The notes under the pieces are model-generated. The model was not told where the DNA came from. It searched no databases and saw only the letters and a list, made by a program, of their open reading frames with translations. Positions 27,060 to 35,870 of a stretch of DNA of 64,000 nucleotides are shown piece by piece. The stretch covers positions 131,115 through 195,114 of the forward strand of contig CADBJU010000002.1 in assembly GCA_902795045.1 (NCBI GenBank). Reading direction: 5' to 3'. Made by a program: the position numbers and the translations under genes. The DNA comes from Oscillospiraceae bacterium (GTDB lineage: Bacteria; Bacillota; Clostridia; Oscillospirales; Oscillospiraceae). Numbering within the stretch: the stretch's first letter is position 1; every line of letters starts with the position of its first letter.

Positions 27060-27088
27060 ATTTTACCACTGCAAATTCACTCACGCAA
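27060..27088 (-). promoter_or_regulatory. sigma-A type promoter (extended -10) for the NRPS cluster
   Basis: Minus strand TTGCGT, 17 nt, TGgTAAAAT; about 35 nt upstream of the NRPS start. Confidence 0.55.
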
Positions 27089-27156
27089 GAGGCGGCGGAA
27101 AAGTTATTTTTTATCATGCCAGGGTCAGGAGCTTATGAGATGATGCTATGTAAAAA

Positions 27157-27294
27157 GGCACGCTGCAAAATGCTTAGCATTTTGTCATCCTGAGGCATAA
27201 AATGACGAAGGATCTTTCTTTTGAAGGTTTTTGCAAACTTTCAGGGAAAGATCCTTCGCTTACGCTCAGGATGACACGCATTTTGCAACGTGCC
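27157..27294. repeat. long imperfect palindromic intergenic element (family E); acts as terminator for the upstream small gene
   Basis: Left arm ggcacgctgcaaaatgc..gtcatcctgag..cgaaggatctttc mirrors right arm gaaagatccttcg..ctcaggatgac..gcattttgcaacgtgcc. On the minus strand the hairpin is followed by TTTTT. Confidence 0.7.
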
Positions 27295-27330
27295 CATCAT
27301 CAAACTCTCAGCCCATGCGGGCCGCCGAAA

Positions 27331-27408
27331 TCACGCACGCTTGATCAGAATGAAAGCAGCAGCGCAGACGCAGAGACCGCCGATAACCAGAGCAATAATC
27401 TTTTTCAT
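27331..27408 (-). CDS. 25-aa hydrophobic small membrane peptide (MKKIIALVIGGLCVCAAAFILIKRA)
   Basis: Not in the ORF track (below size cutoff). GGAGGAAC RBS 7 nt before the ATG at 27408, TGA at 27333-27331. It has its own near-consensus promoter and a hairpin+T5 terminator. Confidence 0.55.
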   Translation of the reverse strand: MKKIIALVIGGLCVCAAAFILIKRA

Positions 27409-27447
27409 GTTTGTTCCTCCTTTTCTATTTATTGGATTTCGACATCT

Positions 27448-27476
27448 ATTTTATGTCATAAGTGCTTTCCTGTCAA
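27448..27476 (-). promoter_or_regulatory. near-consensus sigma-A promoter for the small peptide gene
   Basis: Minus strand TTGACA (27476-27471), 17 nt, TAAAAT (27453-27448). Confidence 0.6.
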
Positions 27477-27482
27477 GCATGA

Positions 27483-27511
27483 TTGAAAAGGGGAGTTTGG
27501 CGTGATATAAT
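27483..27511 (+). promoter_or_regulatory. sigma-A promoter (extended -10) for the isochorismatase-family gene
   Basis: TTGAAA (27483-27488), 17 nt, TGaTATAAT (27503-27511). Back to back with the small-gene promoter; the -35 boxes are 6 nt apart. Confidence 0.6.
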
Positions 27512-27585
27512 CTATAAAAAAATCCATCATCGCGAAGCGACACCATCACTTCCCTTTTCACTTTATTATACCGGAGGTCATTGCC

Positions 27586-28113
27586 ATGAGACAGTTTCTT
27601 GTTGTGGTCGATATGCAGAAGGATTTCGTGGACGGCGCGCTCGGCACCAAGGAGGCGCAGGCCATTATCCCCGCGGCGGTTGAAAAGATCCGCGGCTGGG
27701 ACGGCGAGCTCTTTGTCACCTATGACACTCACTTTGAGGACTACCTGGATACCGCCGAGGGCAAAAAGCTGCCGGTCCCCCACTGCATCTACGGCACGCC
27801 CGGCTGGGAGCTCAACGATGAAATCCTTGAGGTCGTGGAGGAAAAGCCCCACGCGAAGATCCAGAAATATACCTTCGGATCCACGGCACTCCCACGACTG
27901 ATCGCGGAGTTTGCCGACGAGGAGGAGTTCAGCCTGGAGCTCATCGGCCTTTGTACCGACATCTGCGTGGTCTCAAACGCATTGCTTCTCAAGGCTCATT
28001 TTCCCGAGGTCCCCATTTCGGTGGATGCCCGCTGCTGTGCCGGGGTCACGCCCGCGCTGCACGAGGCTGCCCTGCAGACCATGGGCAGCTGCCAGATTGA
28101 GATCAAACGCTGA
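27586..28113 (+). CDS. isochorismatase-family cysteine hydrolase (nicotinamidase-like)
   Basis: LVVVDMQKDFVDGALG (catalytic Asp context) and LIGLCTDICVVSNA (catalytic Cys context). Confidence 0.85.
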   Translation: MRQFLVVVDMQKDFVDGALGTKEAQAIIPAAVEKIRGWDGELFVTYDTHFEDYLDTAEGKKLPVPHCIYGTPGWELNDEILEVVEEKPHAKIQKYTFGSTALPRLIAEFADEEEFSLELIGLCTDICVVSNALLLKAHFPEVPISVDARCCAGVTPALHEAALQTMGSCQIEIKR

Positions 28114-28180
28114 GAATTTTACTTGTTCAAAACGGAAAAGTTTTTATCATCGGCGCCCGCCGATTCGTTCAAATCATCCC

Positions 28181-28209
28181 TTGACAAGCACGCTTTAAAA
28201 TGCTAAACT
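28181..28209 (+). promoter_or_regulatory. sigma-A promoter of the T-box leader
   Basis: TTGACA (28181-28186), 17 nt, TAAACT (28204-28209). Confidence 0.6.
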
Positions 28210-28214
28210 CCAGC

Positions 28215-28497
28215 CATAAACCGCAGAGGAAGAGTGAGTAAGCCAGATCTCCTTTCCCGCAGCGAGCCGCCGACGGTGCAAGGGCGGCGGAAAGCGTTTG
28301 GCCGAATGGACTTCCGAGGGCGATCGGAAAGGGCTTTGCCCGAGTATGTGAGCCGGGGACGGACTCCCCGTTAGCAAAAGCCGGCGTATGACAGTACGCG
28401 TAAAGTGGGCGCGCAAAGCGCGTCAAGCCGGGTGGCACCGCAGGTTCGTTAATTCGATCCTGTCCCAGCAAAGAAATTTGCAGGGACAGGATTTTTT
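28215..28497 (+). promoter_or_regulatory. T-box riboswitch leader, Trp (UGG) specifier
   Basis: Stem I has AGUAA on the 5' side and CGAA-UGG-A on the 3' side of the specifier loop (UGG at 28307-28309). AG-bay/distal loop agcgag...GGTGCAA. T-box GGGTGGCACCGC (28430-28441). Terminator atcctgtccc/gggacaggat (28457-28492) plus T6. Confidence 0.8.
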
Positions 28498-28530
28498 CTG
28501 CCTGTCCCAAAAAGAAAGGAAGCGTTCCCC

Positions 28531-29556
28531 ATGAAAAAAGCCGTCTCCATCCTCCTCGCCGTTCTGCTGTTTGCAAGCCTGACCGTCCCGGCCTTCGCCG
28601 AGGAAAAGACCACCTACACCGTTGGCATCTGCAACTTTGTCGACGATGCCTCCCTCAACCAGATCATCGCCAACATCCGCGCAAGACTCTCAGAGCTCGA
28701 AAGCGACAAAGTCAGCTTCAACATCCTCGAGGACAACTGCAACCTTGATGCGAACGTCATGAACCAGATCATCACAAACTTCCTGGCCCAGAAAGCGGAC
28801 CTGCTGGTGGGCGTCGCCACTCCGGTCGCCATGGGCATGCAGACCGCAACCGAAGACAACAAGGTCCCCGTGGTCTTCGCCGCCGTGTCCGATCCCCTGG
28901 GCGCGGGTCTGGTGGATTCCCTCGAGGCTCCGGGCGCAAACATCACCGGCACCTCCGACTATCTTGACACCAATGCCGTCATGAACCTGATCTTCGCAGC
29001 AAATCCCGACGCGGACCTGATCGGCCTTCTCTACAACGTGAGCGAGGACTCCTCCACTGCTCCCATCGCCGCGGCAAAGGAGTATCTCGACGCAAAGGGT
29101 GTCAAGTATATCGAGCGCACCGGCACCACGGTGGACGAGGTCATGCTGGCGGCCGAAGCGCTTGTGAGCGCGGGTGTCGACGCGGTCTTCACCCCGACCG
29201 ACAACACCGTCATGAACGCGGAGCTCGCCATCTATGAGACCTTTGCCGAGGCGAAGATCCCCCACTACACCGGGGCCGACAGCTTTGCCCTCAACGGTGC
29301 GTTCCTGGGCTACGGCGTGGACTACGCAAACCTCGGCGTGGAGACGGCGAACATGATCGCCGAGATCCTGCTCGATGGCAAGGACCCCGGCACGGTGCCG
29401 GTCAAGACCTTCGATAACGGCACCGCCACGGTCAACACCGACATCTGCGCGGCCTTGGGCCTCGACTACGACAAGGTCGCCGAGACCTTCGCTCCCTTCT
29501 GCACCAAGGTCCAGCCCATCACCACCGCCGAGAGCTTCGACGATCTCACAAAGTAA
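28531..29556 (+). CDS. ABC transporter substrate-binding protein (TrpX-like, putative tryptophan uptake)
   Basis: Signal peptide MKKAVSILLAVLLFASLTVPAFA. VGICNFVDDASLN and VFAAVSDPLGAGLV blocks are typical of the ABC_sub_bind family. Sits downstream of the Trp T-box. Confidence 0.8.
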   Translation: MKKAVSILLAVLLFASLTVPAFAEEKTTYTVGICNFVDDASLNQIIANIRARLSELESDKVSFNILEDNCNLDANVMNQIITNFLAQKADLLVGVATPVAMGMQTATEDNKVPVVFAAVSDPLGAGLVDSLEAPGANITGTSDYLDTNAVMNLIFAANPDADLIGLLYNVSEDSSTAPIAAAKEYLDAKGVKYIERTGTTVDEVMLAAEALVSAGVDAVFTPTDNTVMNAELAIYETFAEAKIPHYTGADSFALNGAFLGYGVDYANLGVETANMIAEILLDGKDPGTVPVKTFDNGTATVNTDICAALGLDYDKVAETFAPFCTKVQPITTAESFDDLTK

Positions 29557-29661
29557 GCGATACCCCGCCGCCAGGCTCCCCCTTTGGGGGAGCCTGCACG
29601 GCCAATCCCCCCCGCGAGGCCGTGACTGAGAGGGTAAGTCAAATAAGGAGTTGTTGTTTCG

Positions 29662-30588
29662 TTGCTGTCCATTCTGCAAACCGCCCTGGAGCTGGGCCTG
29701 ATCGGCTCGCTCACGGTGCTGGCGCTGTTTCTGAGCTATACGATGCTGGGGGTGTGCGATCTCTCCACCGACGGCTGCTTCACCCTCGGGGCCGCGGTCG
29801 GCGCGGTGGTGGCGATCTCCGGCCACCCTTGGCTGTCGCTGCCCGCCGCCATGTGCGCGGGGGTCCTGTCCGGCTTTGTGACCGCCCTGCTGCAAACGAA
29901 GCTCGGCATCGACAGCCTGCTTGCGGGCATCATCGTGAATACCGGGCTATATTCCATCAACATCGCCGTGATGGACGGAGCCTCGCTTCTCAACATGAAC
30001 AAGACCGGCACAGTATTCACCATGCTCAAAAAGCTGCTGGCGGGCACGGCGGTATCGAGCCTTTATAAGCTCTTTGTGGGCCTGATCGCGGCGGCGCTGG
30101 TCGTGTGGTTCCTGAGCATCTTTCTGCGCACGCGCCTCGGGCTTGCCATCCACGCAACCGGCGATAACCCGGACATGGTGCGCTCCTCGTCGATTAACCC
30201 CGCCTTCACGACCATTGTGGGCCTGTGCATCTCGGGAAGCCTTACGGCCCTCTCCGGCTGCTTGCTTGCCCAGTCGCAGAAGTCGGTGAACATCGACATC
30301 GGTTCCGGCATGGTGACGATCGCGCTGGCGTCGCTTCTCATCGGGCGCGCCTTCGCCCCGAAGGGCGGTATCCCTATTCGGGCCATAGGCGCAGTCATCG
30401 GCGCAGTGGTGTTCCGTCTTGTCTATGCCGTGGCGCTGCGGCTCAACATGCCCGCCTTCATGCTCAAGCTGGTGTCCTCGGTCATCGTCGTCATCGCCAT
30501 CGCGGGCCCGTACCTCAAGGCCCATTACCCGGAGCTGCACCGCCGTCTCACCCACGCGCGGCAGAAAGGGGGCGAGGGCCATGCTTGA
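29662..30588 (+). CDS. ABC transporter permease (TrpY-like)
   Basis: TTG start after an AAGGAG RBS; about 8-10 hydrophobic helices; operon position between the binding protein and the ATPase. Confidence 0.8.
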   Translation: MLSILQTALELGLIGSLTVLALFLSYTMLGVCDLSTDGCFTLGAAVGAVVAISGHPWLSLPAAMCAGVLSGFVTALLQTKLGIDSLLAGIIVNTGLYSINIAVMDGASLLNMNKTGTVFTMLKKLLAGTAVSSLYKLFVGLIAAALVVWFLSIFLRTRLGLAIHATGDNPDMVRSSSINPAFTTIVGLCISGSLTALSGCLLAQSQKSVNIDIGSGMVTIALASLLIGRAFAPKGGIPIRAIGAVIGAVVFRLVYAVALRLNMPAFMLKLVSSVIVVIAIAGPYLKAHYPELHRRLTHARQKGGEGHA

Positions 30589-31366
30589 GCTGGACCGCAT
30601 CTCTAAAACCTTCAACCCCGGCACCGTGAACGAAAAGCAGGCGCTTCACGAACTGACGCTGCACGTCAAGGACGGCGACTTCATCTCCATCATCGGTGCA
30701 AACGGCGCAGGCAAGTCCACCCTCTTCAACGCCATCGCTGGCTCCTTCTTCACCGACAGCGGGCGCATCACCCTCGGCGGCACGGACATCACTCTCCAGC
30801 CCGAGCATGTGCGCGCCAAGGTGATCGGCAGGCTCTTTCAGGACCCCATGCGCGGCACCGCGCCGGGCATGACGATCGAGGAAAATCTCGCCCTCGCGGC
30901 GGGCCGCGGCGGCTGGCTCGGGCGGATCACGAAAGCGGACAAGGCGTTTTTCCGCGACAGGCTCGCCCCTCTCGGCATGGGGCTTGAGGACCGGCTGCAG
31001 CACCCGGTGGGCCTGCTCTCCGGCGGGCAGCGGCAGGCGCTTTCCCTCATGATGGCAACCATCAACACCCCAAAGCTTCTGCTTCTCGACGAGCACACCG
31101 CGGCTCTCGACCCGGCAACGGCGGAGAAGGTGCTGAACCTCACAAAGCACATCGTGAAGGACGACAAGCTCACCTGCCTCATGGTGACGCACAACATGCA
31201 GTCGGCCCTTGAGCTCGGAAACCGTACGCTTATGATGGACGGGGGCCGCATCATCTTCGACGTGGAGGGCGAGGAACGCGCAAAGCTCACGGTCCCCGAC
31301 CTGCTGGTCCTCTTCCGCGAGGCTGCCGGACGCAATCTCGACAACGACCGCATGATGCTGTCATAA
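30581..31366 (+). CDS. ABC transporter ATP-binding protein (TrpZ-like)
   Basis: The ATG at 30581 overlaps the permease stop (ATGCTTGA). Walker A GANGAGKST, signature LSGGQRQ, Walker B LLLLDEHTAALD. Confidence 0.9.
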   Translation: MLELDRISKTFNPGTVNEKQALHELTLHVKDGDFISIIGANGAGKSTLFNAIAGSFFTDSGRITLGGTDITLQPEHVRAKVIGRLFQDPMRGTAPGMTIEENLALAAGRGGWLGRITKADKAFFRDRLAPLGMGLEDRLQHPVGLLSGGQRQALSLMMATINTPKLLLLDEHTAALDPATAEKVLNLTKHIVKDDKLTCLMVTHNMQSALELGNRTLMMDGGRIIFDVEGEERAKLTVPDLLVLFREAAGRNLDNDRMMLS

Positions 31367-31381
31367 TCGTACACATAAAAA

Positions 31382-31408
31382 ACGGGCTGCCGAAGCAGTC
31401 CGTTTTTT
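31382..31408. terminator. bidirectional terminator between ABC ATPase and M18 aminopeptidase genes
   Basis: acgggctgc-cgaa-gcagtccgt hairpin flanked by A6 and T6. Confidence 0.7.
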
Positions 31409-31414
31409 ATGCGA

Positions 31415-32797
31415 TCACTTGTCACTGTAGGCGGCGAGAACGCCCTTGTAGGTCATGTAGCAGTCAAGCTTGGCAACCAGCTCAAGCGGGGCGTGCATGC
31501 TCATGACGGGCACGCCCGCGTCGATGGTGTCGATGTTGCGGTTGGCCATGAACTTGGCGATGGTGCCGCCGCCGCCCTTGTCGACCTTGCCCATCTCCGA
31601 AAGCTGCCAGATGACGCCGGCCTTGTCGAAGATGCGGCGCAGATAGGCCACCACCTCGGCGGAGGCGTCGCTGGTGCCGGACTTGCCGCGCGCGCCGGTA
31701 AACTTGCAGATGCCCATGCCGTAGTTGAACTTGGAGCCGTTGGTCTTCTCGTAGACGTCGGCATAGAGGGGATCGTAGGCCGCAGTCACGTCGGCGGAGA
31801 GGCAGAAGCTCTTTTCAAAGCAGCGGCGTACTTCCACGCCCTGGGCAGCGCACAGGTCTGCCATGAAGGTGTCGAAGGCCTGGCTCTGCATGCCGCTGAC
31901 ACCCTCGGAACCGATCTCTTCTTTGTCTGCCAGGATGCACACGCAGGTGCGCACCGGGTTTTCCACATCCAGGATCGCCTTGAGCTCGGCGTAGGCGCAG
32001 ACCCTGTCGTCGTGGCCGTAGCCGCCGATCATGCTGCGGTCAAGGCCGATCTCGCAGGCGTCGAAGGCGGGCACTGCGGTGAGCTCGGCGGAGAGGAAAT
32101 CCTCCTCCTTGATGCCGTACATGTCATTCAGAACGCTCAGCACCGCGAGCTTGACGCGGTCCTTGCCCTCGTCGGCGTAAGGGGCGGAGCCGATGAGGAT
32201 GTTCAGGCCCTCGCCGGTGATGCCCTCGGCCATGGTCTTCTTCATCTGGTCCTGGGCCAAGTGCGGCAGCAGGTCGGTGATCACGAAGCGGGGGTCACCC
32301 GGCTCACGGCCAAGACGCACGTCCACAAGCTCCCCGCTCTTGAGGGCGACGACGCCGTGCAGCTCGAGGGGGATCGTGACCCACTGGTACTTTTTGATGC
32401 CGCCATAGTAGTGGGTGCGCAGGTAGCACAGCTCGTCCGTCTCGTACATGGGGATCTGCTTGAGGTCGAGGCGCGGGGAGTCGATGTGCGCGCCCGCGAT
32501 CACAGTGCCGTCGGAAAGGCTGCGCTGGCCGATGACAGCGAGCATAAGGGCCTTGCCGCGGTTGGAGCTGTAAATCTTCATGCCGGGGGCGAGGGCCATG
32601 CCGGGTACAAACGGGACGAATCCCGCCGCCTCGGCAAGGCGGATGGCGTTGACGACGGCCTCGCGCTCGGTGCGGGAGTCGTTGAGGTACTCGATGTAGC
32701 CGCGGCAGTAGTTGTCGGCGGCGACATGCTCCTCAGGCCCGATGAGGTCATAGCCGTTTTTTTGCGTGTAAAAAAGCTGGGTTCTCAGATCATCCAT
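31415..32797 (-). CDS. M18-family aminopeptidase
   Basis: AAGGAG RBS before the ATG at 32797, an internal Met of ORF 31415..33064. Blocks AHIDSPRLDLK, GYGHDDRVCAY, DKEEIGSEG and MSMHAP are typical of M18/aminopeptidase I-type enzymes. Confidence 0.85.
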   Translation of the reverse strand: MDDLRTQLFYTQKNGYDLIGPEEHVAADNYCRGYIEYLNDSRTEREAVVNAIRLAEAAGFVPFVPGMALAPGMKIYSSNRGKALMLAVIGQRSLSDGTVIAGAHIDSPRLDLKQIPMYETDELCYLRTHYYGGIKKYQWVTIPLELHGVVALKSGELVDVRLGREPGDPRFVITDLLPHLAQDQMKKTMAEGITGEGLNILIGSAPYADEGKDRVKLAVLSVLNDMYGIKEEDFLSAELTAVPAFDACEIGLDRSMIGGYGHDDRVCAYAELKAILDVENPVRTCVCILADKEEIGSEGVSGMQSQAFDTFMADLCAAQGVEVRRCFEKSFCLSADVTAAYDPLYADVYEKTNGSKFNYGMGICKFTGARGKSGTSDASAEVVAYLRRIFDKAGVIWQLSEMGKVDKGGGGTIAKFMANRNIDTIDAGVPVMSMHAPLELVAKLDCYMTYKGVLAAYSDK

Positions 32798-33995
32798 GGT
32801 ATATCTCCTTATACAACTGGCGGCAGGCAGCGGCGAAGCCCTCCCTGTCGGCATTATTAAACAACAGATGGGTGCAGTTGGTCTGATAGTAGCTGTCGGG
32901 CTTCTGGGAACGGATGCGCGCGAGGGCCGCTTCCCTGCCGATGCCGTCGCGGGCCATGATGCGTGCAACGCGAATCTCCTCATCCGCCAGCACCCCGACG
33001 ACGGCGTCACAGCGCTCGGCCATGCCCGCGGAGATAAGCTCCACGGCGTCGATGGCGGCGACAAGCCCGCCCCGCATGGCGAAGGCGCGCAGGCGTCTTT
33101 CCGTCTCGTCCATCACATAGCGGTGGGTGATCCTGTTCAGAAGCGCGAGCTTTTCCGCGTCCGCGAACACGATACGCCCGAGCGCCCTGCGGTCGAGCTT
33201 CCCGTTAATGACCGTGCCGGGGAAGGCGCTTTCGAGCTCTTGCAGGAGTGCTTGATTGCTCTCCAGCAGCTCGTGATAAATTTTGTCGCAGTCCAGCACC
33301 AGCGTGTCGAAGCCCTCCAGTTCCTGCAGAGCCGTGGTCTTGCCGCAGCCGGAGGGGCCTGTGATGCCGATGACTGTCAGGTTTTCCGCCAGCGCTTCGG
33401 CGACCGTTTCCTCATGAAGCGCGGCCTCGCGCAGGATTCTGTAGGGTGTGCGGCTCATGTCTATAAGCGTGGATTCCCGGCCGAGACCGCAGGGGCCGCC
33501 GTCAATGACGGCGTCGATCCTGCCGTCAAAGTAGCCCAGTACCTGCTCCGCCGTTTTGGGGCTTGGCTCGCCGGAGGGATTGGCCGAGGGCGCTGCCAGC
33601 GGCAGGCCGCAGCTTTTGAGAAGCGAAAGCGTCAGCGGGTGGTCCGGGCAGCGAAGCCCCACCGTCGTACCGCCCGCGAGGACGATGGACGGGATCTCGG
33701 GCTTTGCCTTCAATACGATGGTGAGCGGCCCCGGCCAGAAACGTTTTGCCAGGGCGTGGGCCTGGGGCGGAACGTCTTCGCAGTATAGCTCCATGGCGCT
33801 CTCGTCCGGGACCATGAGGGACAGCGGTTTGACTGCGGGTCTCCCCTTCACCTCGTAGATTTCCGAGACGGCTTTCTCGTTAAGGCCATTGCCCGCAAGG
33901 CCGTAGACCGTCTCCGTCGGGACGGCGACAAGGCCGCCCGCGCGGATGATTTGCGCCGCGTCTTCTATTTTGTCGGTAATGCGTTTGGTTTCCAT
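32790..33995 (-). CDS. fusion protein: L-threonylcarbamoyladenylate synthase (TsaC/YrdC domain) + dephospho-CoA kinase (CoaE domain)
   Basis: N-terminal half: PTETVYGLA, KGRPAVKPLSLMV, APSANPSGEPSP (YrdC fold). C-terminal half: P-loop GITGPSGCGKTT plus a CoaE-like layout (LDCDKIYHELL, LDRRALGRIVFAD, LNRITHRYV). One uninterrupted frame. Confidence 0.8.
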   Translation of the reverse strand: METKRITDKIEDAAQIIRAGGLVAVPTETVYGLAGNGLNEKAVSEIYEVKGRPAVKPLSLMVPDESAMELYCEDVPPQAHALAKRFWPGPLTIVLKAKPEIPSIVLAGGTTVGLRCPDHPLTLSLLKSCGLPLAAPSANPSGEPSPKTAEQVLGYFDGRIDAVIDGGPCGLGRESTLIDMSRTPYRILREAALHEETVAEALAENLTVIGITGPSGCGKTTALQELEGFDTLVLDCDKIYHELLESNQALLQELESAFPGTVINGKLDRRALGRIVFADAEKLALLNRITHRYVMDETERRLRAFAMRGGLVAAIDAVELISAGMAERCDAVVGVLADEEIRVARIMARDGIGREAALARIRSQKPDSYYQTNCTHLLFNNADREGFAAACRQLYKEIYHG

Positions 33996-35066
<1,071 letters not shown>

Positions 35067-35124
35067 GGCATACCCTCCCAAAAGAGATTGTATTATATCA
35101 TGTTCTCAAGGGAATGTAAACACG

Positions 35125-35149
35125 AAAAAGGAGCCGCAAACGCGGCTCC
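35125..35149 (-). terminator. rho-independent terminator after the liv operon
   Basis: Minus strand ggagccgc-gttt-gcggctcc followed by TTTTT. Confidence 0.6.
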
Positions 35150-35165
35150 TCAGTTCGTATTCTGT

Positions 35166-35870
35166 TCAGCTTCCGAGATACGCCTTCTTCACGTCCTCGT
35201 TGACCAGCAGTTCCCTGCCGGTGCCGGTGAGGGTGATGCGGCCCGTCTCCAGGACGTAGGCAAAGTCCGCGATCTTGAGGGCCATGTTGGCGTTCTGCTC
35301 GATCAGCAGGACCGTAACGCCCTGGTCGTTGATCTGACGGATGATGTCAAAGATGCCCTTGACCACCAGCGGCGCAAGGCCGAGGGACGGTTCGTCCATC
35401 ATGATGACCCTGGGCTTGCTCATGAGGGCCCTAGCCACGGCCAGCATCTGCTGCTCGCCGCCGGAGAGGGTGCCCGCCATCTGCCAGGAGCGCTCCTTGA
35501 GGCGCGGGAACAGCTCGTAGACCCACTGGAGGTCCTTTTCGATCTGGGCCTTGTCGTTTCGGAGGTAGGCCCCGATGCGGAGGTTTTCCAGCACGCTCAG
35601 GTTTGTGAACACACGCCGTCCCTCGGGGACCAGCGCGATGCCCTTTTCGAGGATCTTGTTGATAGGCATGCCCAGAAGCTCCTGTCCGTCGTAGGTGATG
35701 GAGCCGCTGTCGGCCTTGACAAGGCCGGAGATGGTGCGCAGCGTCGTGGACTTGCCCGCGCCGTTAGCGCCGATGAGGGTGACAATCTTGCCGTCCGGCA
35801 CCTCTAGGCTCACACCCTGCAGGGCGCGGATGCCGCCGTAGGACACATGCAGGTTATCAATCTTCAGCAT
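35166..35870 (-). CDS. livF: branched-chain amino acid ABC transporter ATP-binding protein LivF
   Basis: Walker A GANGAGKST, signature LSGGEQQML, Walker B MMDEPSLGLAP. Last gene of a LivHMGF-type operon. Confidence 0.9.
   Translation of the reverse strand: MLKIDNLHVSYGGIRALQGVSLEVPDGKIVTLIGANGAGKSTTLRTISGLVKADSGSITYDGQELLGMPINKILEKGIALVPEGRRVFTNLSVLENLRIGAYLRNDKAQIEKDLQWVYELFPRLKERSWQMAGTLSGGEQQMLAVARALMSKPRVIMMDEPSLGLAPLVVKGIFDIIRQINDQGVTVLLIEQNANMALKIADFAYVLETGRITLTGTGRELLVNEDVKKAYLGS

Noticed and set aside
27202-27505. Plus-strand ORFs 27202..27486 and 27290..27505 in the NRPS upstream region
   Set aside because: They run through the family E palindrome and antisense to the small peptide gene. 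There is no RBS, and translations such as KDPSLTLRMT are characteristic read-throughs of the repeat.
28169-28576. 135-aa minus-strand ORF and the 73-aa ORF at 28195..28416
   Set aside because: They lie inside the T-box leader RNA, whose conserved elements and terminator explain the sequence.
28690-29895. 401-aa minus-strand ORF over the ABC binding-protein/permease genes
   Set aside because: The plus-strand genes are supported by the T-box leader, a signal peptide, RBSs and ABC motifs. The minus ORF is Gly/Arg/Asp-rich antisense sequence.
31409-32860. 483-aa plus-strand ORF opposite the M18 aminopeptidase
   Set aside because: The minus strand has M18 metal-ligand blocks and an AAGGAG RBS. 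The plus ORF is an antisense artefact.
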